Under the pieces are notes generated by a model. The model was not told the DNA's origin, made no database searches, and saw only the letters and a list, made by a program, of their open reading frames with translations. Below, one piece after another: positions 54,900-64,000 of a DNA stretch of 64,000 bases. This stretch comes from Carpediemonas membranifera BICM (Eukaryota; Protista; Fornicata), in assembly GCA_019828565.1 (NCBI GenBank), contig JAHDYR010000012.1:1233680-1297679 (forward strand), written 5' to 3'. Every line of letters begins with the position of its first letter. Within the stretch, counting starts at the first letter, position 1. The translations under genes were made by a program, and so were the position numbers.

Positions 54900-55720
54900 A
54901 GAACTGGGCCATAGAACTGAAATCGGCATCCGAATATCGCGGCACGCATGGGTATTTACCCCCAGAAATGTTCAAAGTGTGTTCGTGTTCGGTCATTCCG
55001 CCGTCAACGAGCGCCATACGAGACCTCCAAGCATACGCGCATGACTGCATCGGCTCTTCCCGCCTGTTCTTCATGTCGTCACACCTGCCTCCGACATTTA
55101 CTCGTGCGGTGTAGTCATTGCTCTTTTACGGTCTCCCCAAGTCCCCCTTTGCCGCGAAGGTGACTGACATGGCGCAGATCGACAACAAGAAGAAGAATAA
55201 GATGCTGAAGCTTGGTAGCTTGCTGAACTGGTGCCACTTCTATGGTGGGCAGTTGCAGTTGTCACGTAAGACACTCGAACCGCTCAGAGATTGTCTCAAC
55301 TTCGTGAACGTGAACTCTGCACTACCGATTCGCGGCACAACGCCACCCACTTGCCTCGGAATGTACGACCTGGCAATGCAGATGCTCCACTTCGACCCAA
55401 CGAAGCGTCCCACTGCTGCCGAATGTCTTGACAAGCTCAAGGTCATCATGCGCGTGCATGAATGCGTCGCCAAGCCGAGTCCGCTTCTGTTAGATGACAC
55501 TGAACAGGTCTTACTCTCTGTAGATCAGCGAAAGAGAATGGTCGACTGCTGCCAACTGGGGTCCTGGAGGAAAAAGTTTAGAGATGCGATTCGAAAGGGT
55601 CGTAGCATTGAACTCGAAACCATGAGTCCTAAGAACACCGGCGCATGCCCAACACTCACCCCCGGTGGGGCCTGGCCGTGGTTTGAACATATACCGACAC
55701 ATAACTGGGTAAATACGTAA
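54900..55720 (+). pseudogene. Truncated, frameshifted paralog of the 49467 kinase
   Basis: RGTHGYLPPE, SDIYSCGV (different frame), KSPF, FYG, YDLAMQML.FDP.KRPTA. Confidence 0.8.
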
Positions 55721-56953
55721 ATGTTGTGCGAAAATTGCGTCTTGTTCTGCACAGAGCGATGACGAAACTAAAAACGGAACAAGAAGAGGCCTGAAGATTT
55801 AACTGCCCGGCGGTGCAGGTTCGTCAAGTGGCCGGAGATGCCGCTTCCAGTAAGGTGTATGCCGTACAGCTCGCCGTATCCATCTCCGTGCCCGTCTCCA
55901 TCCCCCCACTCCGCCTTCAACGCCAGCCCCCGCCACGCCTGTTGTAAGTCCGCCTCCATCTCCTGTCCGCAGTTCACCACCGAGTCTCGAAATCGAATCA
56001 CCTCACTACCATGATTCCCCGCAATACCATGATGTATGTGATGACCATTAAACGATCTCCTTCTATACAATGACTTCTGAAGCCGTCCGACCAACGGCAC
56101 AGAACGGTTTATAGCATGCATATGATCCATTCTGGTGCCTTTATCCTCTATAACCAACATCAGTCCATCAAAATGAATCTTGCAACAGAATACTCATCCA
56201 CACGCATCGAGAACGAAAAAGAAGCATATAACCAACATCAACAACCTAATAGAAGGCTGCATGCAAGCGTAGAGCTCTCCTAGTCGATTCTTCAATTTAT
56301 CAAGCATCAATCTCCACGTCAGGATGAAACTGTGCGCCCAAAAGCTCAGAGATGCCGTTATAGATGATATAACGACGTCTCTGAGCTTTTCAGCGATGTC
56401 AGTTTCTGGCCACGTCCAAGTTCGGCTCTGCGAAAATAACAGTGCATTGCACTATAAGTCATACATTTGGAATACAGCAATGCACTGTTATTTTCGCCAA
56501 AACCACGCTGACCTACCATTGTCCATGGGCTTGACGGGGGTGATCTTCTCGGCTTGGATTTGGCTGAAACTTGGTATATGTGTAGTATTTGATATGTTAG
56601 GACGGATCCAAGATTTTTTTACATATCGTTCGAGTCTATTTACCGAGATATACGTAAAGCAAAATTAGGGTTGAGTCTATTCTGGCTGAAAAGCGGTATG
56701 GTGGGTTCTCTGACTGTCTGAACACGGCTCCAGAAGTTTTACGTGATGAATTGGCATATTTATATTGCTTTGCGTAAACAGAAAATTTTGACAGTACCTA
56801 CAATCAACTACCTGCATATACATGCTATAAACATGCTTAAAAATGCCTTCAGTCGTACGTGCTATATACTAAAGCTCTTCCTGCATCTTATTTCGAAAGA
56901 ACAAAATATTCACTCTGAAAATAACACTGCATTGCTGTGAAATTTTGGAAAAG

Positions 56954-58571
56954 ATGCTAGATATCACTATTCTACGCAGCTGGATTCGTGAGCATCATGA
57001 GAAGACCGTTAGGATTGCTTCTGCTGCACCTGGTCAAGAGCGTAAGGCTATTCGAGCAGATAAGAGTATGTTCGAGAGATGGTTCGCACTCCGGACGAAT
57101 AAGAGCCGCTTGGAGCACCTCAAGGAGCACAAAGTGATAACGAAGACAGCCCTGAGATGCGCGCTGGTCGATAACATCGTCATTGACGAGATTCGTGATG
57201 TGTTTGGTCTCGCTGGCCGAGTTTCACTAATGGATCTCATCAACAAGGCTTCCCTTCCCGAGCTCATGGCCATTAGTGACGACCTTGCCCGGCCCGAGCT
57301 GTCTAAGGTTCCTGCAGGCTTGTTTATGGAGGATGATCAGGTTGAAATCGTGCGGAAGCAGTTTTTTTGACCACTACACCGGATCAGCGATCACCTTTGA
57401 GGATAACCGCGAGGCTGTCATGCCGTCACATCGTGGCTCTATTCATCTAGAAGGAACAGGCCGTCTCTTTCTTCCAGATCAAGTCAACCTGATCCTTCGC
57501 GCTCTCTTCGTCGCCCCTGAGGGCACTGTCGAGGCCCGCCGCGTGCATTCCCCCTACGAGGACATTCTTTCTGGTTGCAAGAATGATCCGGGAAGCGATG
57601 TGACATCAGCCCAGCTTGAGCGGTTGCGTCGAGATGTTGCCAAGGCAGCCGCCGAAGCTATTCAGGCAAGGAATGACCGCGAGGAAGCCAAACACTCGCT
57701 TGAACTCGTTACTGCATCCTATGCGCAAGATACAGGGCATGCATATGTGACACCACCCGCCAGCGACGCCGTGGAATTTTCCGACACTGACGAGGACGAG
57801 TCCGATGGCCACGCTGAACCGGCCGCCATGCAGGGTGACGGCGTTCCTTTGCCCCAGACTGATCAAGACGTCGAAGTAGAGTCCGATGTGGACGACACAG
57901 ACACCGTTGGTCTCCAGACGGTTTACGATGTTGATGCAGAGGCCGATCATGACGTCCGCGAGCCAGTGTCCCTGCTTAATCACAGCTTAGCACAGCTAGA
58001 CGACACCATTGCAGGCCTTGATGATGTACCCGAGTCTGTGCGCTTGTTGGAGCAGTACGAGCCCTTGATGAAACGGCTTGCTGAGGAGAGGGAGGCGAGG
58101 GAGGCGCTTGAACAGGCTAACAGAGATTCTGAGGAGTCCCAGAAGAGACTAGAAGCTGAGTTAGGTCAGCAGAAGGGCGAGGATCAGGCGATCCATCAGT
58201 TTACTCAAGCAGAGTTGGCACGCGCGAGTGAGGCTGGGCTTGAAGCACTCGCCGATGAACTCGAAGACAACTGGGCGGAGCTTATCAGGCGCGCCGAGGA
58301 GGCAACAATCGAGCTTGACCGCTACGTTGCTCTCGCTGCCTTGATGGAACTGTTCCAGAGGAACAATGTGGCTGGAGCTTTGTGGACTCGGATCAATAGC
58401 ACCATGATGAGGTACGGGGGCCAGAAGTTCATAACGGTCCCACCCCTAGACCTCGGTCTTACGCCTGAGATGAAGGCTATCATCGCACAGCACTCTCGAG
58501 AGAAGAAGACAAAAGCTCGTGTAACACAGGGAGAGAAGCTGGAGTTTCCCCTGGAAGGGCGTTCATGCTAG
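56954..58571 (+). CDS. Hypothetical acidic/coiled-coil protein split at T7 (57362-57368)
   Basis: Removing one T fuses the 141-aa and 431-aa ORFs. Confidence 0.6.
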
Positions 58572-58639
58572 TGGAGCAGTTGAAGTAAATGGGCACGGCG
58601 ACAGGGCGGAACAAGCAACCGCGAAATAGAGATATCAGG

Positions 58640-59005
58640 TCATCCCTGACATTGTATGGCGAGAACTGTTCTCAGTCTCCGCTTTGGGAGCTCTAAGATC
58701 AGTCTGAGATGAGTTACAGATGTCCACACGGTATTCGTCAAACTGAGCACTTCTCCAAATGAAATGTACTCGTGCTGCTTTAATGAGTCTTTGTTGTAGT
58801 CATAAACATAAGCAGCACCAATTGCCTTCATTTTGCCTGTTTCTGCCATTATTGATCTGCATATTGATTCCAAGCGACTATCTAAACAAAAGCGGCTTTG
58901 AATTTCTTCAACAATGCCAATTCCGCGCATAATGTCCGATGAAATGCTGACCACTTGTGATGCAGCTCCCTCAGGCGTTTCTAGATGTGGTTTCATTGGT
59001 TTCAT
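58640..59005 (-). CDS. Hypothetical protein
   Basis: Short ATG ORF divergent from the PHD gene. Confidence 0.35.
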   Translation of the reverse strand: MKPMKPHLETPEGAASQVVSISSDIMRGIGIVEEIQSRFCLDSRLESICRSIMAETGKMKAIGAAYVYDYNKDSLKQHEYISFGEVLSLTNTVWTSVTHLRLILELPKRRLRTVLAIQCQG

Positions 59006-59059
59006 TCTCAGTGACACCCTTTACATAATTCATTTTACGTTATAAACATATCGAACGAA

Positions 59060-60295
59060 ATGAAGCAAGTGCCGAAAAAGAAGTCTCCTGGAACCTATCG
59101 CGCGTTCACTGGTCATGATCTTACTACAAATCTTTCAAAGATCACTTTTTCGGGCCATGTTGACATGCTTCTTTGTCATTGTCGATGATATCGACGTAGA
59201 CAGTGGCCTCTCACTGGGAATGCCCAAAGACTCCGTGTTATCGGCCTATAACACTGTCGTGTCGAACTTGCTTGTCCCTGTGTACGGTGGTTTTGTTGCT
59301 TTGAAGAAGAAGAACTTCAACGAGAAGGGGTTGCTAGACTGGGCGAGAGATTTGGGTTATAAGCTCGGTTACACCAAGACTAAGCCGATCATCTACCACC
59401 AGTTGACGCCGAAAGAGAAGCCTAGCGCCAAGGATCTGTCAGTTTTTCATGAAGGAGATGGCGAATGTCCTCAGACTAGCCAACGCCCCTGATATGGACA
59501 TCGAGAACCTGAAGAAGATGAAGTTCATCTTCCCGACAGGTCTACTTCTTGATGCCAGGCAAAGATATCACAAGCAAAGCGTGCAGACCAAAAGGCTGAG
59601 GGGAGATGAACCCAGCTTTCCTGCGTCTCCAATCAAATCTGAGTCACTGCTCAACGATAACAGCCTTCTTGGATCCATTAAGACTGAAAGAGATGCGAAG
59701 ACTCCCGCTCGTGACTCTTCTCTGACAAATCCTTCGGTCCAACACCAAATGATCCAGGATCTTCACCAATACGTTGTTGGTGAACGAAAGTTCGATATGG
59801 CACATCAGCAAGAGCTGAAGCGTCCTACTGCTGATGACAGTGATGACAGTGATGTCAGCATTGCTGAGAAGACAGGTCCGCTGATTTCTTTCGATATGTT
59901 TATGCGTCAACTAGCATTTTTTGCTGCGGGCATTGCACTTCCCCGGATTGGTTGGGCAATCCGGAGAACGAAAACTGACTTCGCCCAGTGCGGATCATGC
60001 AACCGCTACTACCATGGGAGGTGCGTGAGGTGGCTCAGCAATGGGAAGAAGGCCATTACCAATTTCACGTGTCCGGATTGTGCTGCTGCTTCTGAATGCA
60101 CCCGCTGCAAGGCTAAGATCAAATCGTCAAAGGGAAGGGACTCTTTCTTCTGCAACATGTGCAAATCTTGGTATTGCAAGCCATGCGGTGTGGCCATGTG
60201 GGAGACCTCGATTGATGGAACCGTTGCCAGGTTCTTATTTTTGCCAGGTCTGCAAGGAAAGCCTCCTGGCACTGAATCCGAGTCTGGCATTGTGA
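59060..60295 (+). CDS. Tandem PHD-like zinc-finger protein, split by several homopolymer indels
   Basis: CGHC...QCGSCNRYYHGRC...FTCPDC then CTRC...CNMCKSWYCKPC...FCQVC, assembled across frames. Confidence 0.65.
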
Positions 60296-60643
60296 GAGTA
60301 AAGGAAGGAAGAAGCGATCCAGCCTTTATGTAATTTAATCACTTGCGGCTTATCTACATACAGCGGCCGGCCGGGGTTAGCCACTCACTGGGGTCAACAT
60401 CATCCCACGGCAGCAAATTCGCTGCAGTAGATTGACTGTCGTCCCCGCTGGGGAAGGTGGGGAAGGTGTGGAGACGTTTCTATTACGCGTTTATTGGGCA
60501 ATGTGGGTCAAACAACAATTTCTGCTGGTATTGGTTTCTCATACAACGGCATCCATGGAAGAGTTGGTGTCCACCGCAGAATATTGTTGTACGCGTACCA
60601 CCGTTTGTTGAGTGGGTTGAACAGCCAGTAAGTGCTGGGGGAC

Positions 60644-62002
60644 TTATCCATCAGTGTCACTGCATATTTTTGATGCCTCAAAGCGCGCAATAGCAGGAAA
60701 CCCATGCGATTGTCTCGAAACCACAGTTTGTCTGCTCCCGCCGTCTACTCGCACATAGATAAGGACGTTGTTGGGCAATAGCACAAACTTGGAAAGTGGG
60801 TACAACCTATACACCTCATGTTCGCTGCAAGGAATCGGGTTTGGGTCCAAAAATAGAGATCGGACAATGTTGGGGATGAGTCGGGATCTACCGATGAGAT
60901 AGCAATCATTGCCAGATCTAACGATCATAAACCTAGACTGTGCAACAAAGATGATTGCGTCGATCCAGACAGGTGTCCTCCTGAACCCCGGATGGGCGAC
61001 ATCCGTCATGTCATCAGCGGGAATATGACCAGTGGTATTACCGGTGAAGAACTGGGCTGGGACTATATTCTTTTGTCTTGGATGCCCGGACCGTTCCGGA
61101 CAAGATAACAAGTCCAGGCACGGCCCTGATCCCTCCAAGATTGACGGGAAGTTTCACCTTAGCAAACGAAGAGAATCGGTGAGTGAGGGCCACATCGTGT
61201 CCAAAACCAAGCCATCATATTAACGCCATACTCCTGAGAAGGCGCTGTAACGAGCACCCCGTGCATTGTGTGCAACATGATGTAAGTGTTGCAGTGGCAG
61301 TCAAGAACAAATCGATGCCTGCACCACAGATGCATCTTGGCAAGCTTCTCAGCTATGGCTGCGGGGAAAAACCGCCTGATGGACAGATGTAACACGAGCG
61401 AACCACAAGTTGCCAATGTAGAACGCCTTGCTGGTTGAGAAGAAGAAACACTTGCCATCAGACCAGAACCGCATGATCCGGTGACGGAATGAACGATGAT
61501 TGTCGTGGAAGACAAACCCACAATAATGCACGAGCTCTGATGCATCATAGCTCTTGATGACAGTCCGATCTCTCTTAGCAACACTATGTGAAAACATGAA
61601 CTTCCTGCACATGAACCAGAGAGCGCTCGAGTCACCATCGGTCACCGTCCTCAGTATGGCCCACAACGTCCCTTGTATAAGCGTGTGAAGACGGTCGGGC
61701 AGCGATTCGCCTTCGCGAAGCTGAACATCCATGCTTAGCTGTGGATGGCTTCGCAGTTTGATGACGCGAGAGAGAATCCGGGCAACCTGCGATGCCTGAT
61801 CCGAATTCTCAAGCTCTTGCGCGTGAAGACAAGCAAGCTGAAGCATGTCATCAAACGTCTCCAGGTCTTGAAAGATGTGATAGAAATGCGAACGCGCAGG
61901 GAACATAAAGAAGACCCTTGTGGCTTGTTCTAAATAGCCCGGCAGGTTGTTGGGCAAAGTTTTTGCACAGGACACAAGAGTTCCAGTAAAGGTCACAAAC
62001 AC
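60644..62002 (-). pseudogene. Hypothetical gene broken into successive +1-shifted ORFs
   Basis: ORFs 61349-62002, 61159-61638 and 60644-61138 can be joined at short homopolymers. Confidence 0.4.
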
Positions 62003-62163
62003 TGAGCGACAATTGTCTGTGATTAGAATCAGTCATGTTCCCCCTATAGCTGTTCTTAAACTGCACTGCCAAAATGAGGTGGAGAAAATGGCATCGACAT
62101 TTTTTTACGTAGGACCAATATAAACAGCGAAAAAAACGTAAAGGAAACAAAAACTGGGAGGAC

Positions 62164-62704
62164 ATGCATATCTCCACACAAGCTACTTTGGTCATCTGGA
62201 GAATGACACCTTACGGTAACATTCTAGCACCATCAAGCGTTTCCGCCGTCAATGTCATTCTAGCAAACGTTTACACCTCGATCCAAGGACACCACGCTAA
62301 TGGCATGGATCGACGGTTCCGTCAATGCGATAAGGATTCGCGTTCGTTGTTCAAGGCTGTCTTGCTATCTCTAACTGATGGTGATATTGACAAGAGCATT
62401 CTTGATCCTGTCTTTGTTTCCTTGCTTGATGGTAATACGGATCGTTTTTCGACGTAACATATGTGCTACTGTCAGAGAGTACACACCAACATGGTCCCAT
62501 GCCTTCTCACCTGCGTCGGACGAGAGAGATAGCTTGTGCGAGGACAACCACCTGCTACTCGAGAAGATTGAGAACACCGAGCATGCATTTCAGTTCGCAA
62601 TGGCGCTCAAGCGGATCACTGAAGGTGTCAATGTCGTTGATGATGAGGTTACTGTCTTTAACGCGATCGCCAAAAAGGCTGGGTATCCAGACCATGAAGT
62701 TTGA
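62164..62704 (+). CDS. Hypothetical protein split at T5 (62445-62449)
   Basis: Removing one T joins the 97-aa and 108-aa ORFs. Confidence 0.4.
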
Positions 62705-63544
62705 TGTCTCACATTATGCTCTCAAAGACCTTGGGTGTGATATTAGGAACGTGTTCGGAGTGAAAGAAGCCATGAAAGATCACGAGGCAGATTTTTTTCG
62801 AGAGTCTTGTACCAGACGAGATACACTGTTCGCACAACACGTTTCGTTATGATCAAAACAACCAGAAGTTCCCTCTCGAACATACGACACGTTTCCCAAT
62901 TGCAGCTGACGCAATAGGCTCCTTGCCGGTTCCGGTCAACAACTACTTACATGATGGAACGCACATTACTATCTTCTTCAACAGCGAAGATGAACGAGAT
63001 CAATGTGTCTCCATGCTTTTCCCACCTCAACCCCACCAAGTTGAAAAAGCGATCGGTGGGCCTTTGTCAAGTCGGTTAAGTATAACATTTCCAGCCGTAT
63101 TGCACGAGGCATTCAGTCACCACAGTATCTCGAGACAGCCAGAGATATTTGGTATGATACAACGACACATGTTAGCAGAGAAGCGCGTGTTGAAGCTAGC
63201 TACATTCCAGTTGACATTCTCATCTGGTTTGGAGTGCATGGCGAGGGACTACGACCGCTGTCAAATTCAGGCTGATTGACATGACAGGAGAGGTCTTTCC
63301 GCAGAGAGTGACATCACCATTCAGACTGCTTGAGTACCAGGGAAAGGAGGATCTTTTGCCAACATACTTTGAGTATATTCAGTCTAACGTGGAAGAGGCA
63401 ATCCAGAAGTCATTCCAAGTGCGAGAAACTGGAAGGTGGGCAAGAATCAACAGAGTATTGCTGATTGGTGACCACCCTGCCATGTCGACAGTTGTGGGCT
63501 CGCTGCAAGGGAGGGCATTATCCATCGCCTTTCCAATCGAATAG
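62694..63544 (+). mobile_element. Possible DDE transposase relic (CACTA/Mirage/Plavaka-like)
   Basis: YFEYIQSNVEEAIQKSFQV...VLLIGDHPAMSTVVG resembles the D-x-P-A catalytic segment; multiple frameshifts. Confidence 0.35.
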
Positions 63545-64000
63545 TAAGCGAAACATGGGTTGGATGCCGTTTGGCGCCACGTTCCGGACCACACTTCAGC
63601 ACGTCCTCCAAGCCAAAAGAAGGTAGTATTGCTGAATCTACATCGGGTATTCCAGATCCTGCCGCGCACTGGGGCAGCTTTCTCCTGGCGACTGACCGAA
63701 GGCGTTCGTTGGAATACAGAAGAAGAAGGTTACGTCAAACTCTCTTTGAGGGATCGTCGATTGCTCCTGACAGTGTGTTTCTTATCCCCCAATCATGCAC
63801 TGTTGCCATCATTTCATGGGTCAGGTGGCCCTAATGGCGGGAATGTTCAAACCGCGGAATGACGGCTCACGAGAAGAGAACGCTCAGTGGGGACGTTATC
63901 TGCAATCTATCCAAGATTTTCAAACCGCCAGATCATTACGCTGGGTGTAATGAGCATATGTTAAGGCCACAGATTCCGGTAAGCCAACCGTAGCGAAGCG

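Noticed and set aside
62017-62066. Possible 50-nt intron joining MPFSPPHFG to ORF 61349-62002
   Set aside because: It restores the frame, but the GTGCAG donor and branch spacing differ from the three good introns.
1-64000. CRISPR arrays, tRNA and rRNA genes, viral capsid or polB hallmark genes
   Set aside because: None recognised by eye, so a viral origin of the island is unproven.

Overview
Gene-dense genomic window from a microbial eukaryote. It has tiny GT-AG introns with the branch point fused to the 3' splice site, a GTRAAY 3'-end motif and bacterial-type oxidoreductases, so it resembles a metamonad/fornicate such as Carpediemonas (host identity is inference). Bases ~1-42.4 kb are GC-rich host genes: SRP54, CFAP20DC-like, AzoR, NUP93, a methyltransferase, importin-9, a GPI EtN-P transferase-like gene, MACPF, an FG-GAP surface protein, CTU1, a double-C2 protein, C11orf65-like and importin-alpha-like. 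This part also contains an inverted 1566-bp orphan-gene duplication, a compact chromovirus with 89-bp LTRs and a solo LTR (both inserted in an SDR gene), and a ~160-bp inverted repeat around SDR+AzoR. From ~42.8 kb the window is accessory DNA: DIRS-like and chromo-integrase relics, a Maelstrom/arenavirus-NP-like DEDDh nuclease, then an AT-richer island (~49-64 kb, running off the window). The island encodes a Cdc7-like kinase and a broken paralog, a caspase-fold protease-like gene, a protein that starts with a histone H3 tail lacking K9/S10/K27/S28, a divergent SET domain, a tandem-PHD protein and a probable DDE-transposase relic. This island is the best candidate for an undescribed system: a mobile chromatin-mimicry/anti-silencing toolkit. 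Many island ORFs are split by single-base homopolymer indels that may be assembly errors. All family calls are by-eye motif recognition; no searches were run.
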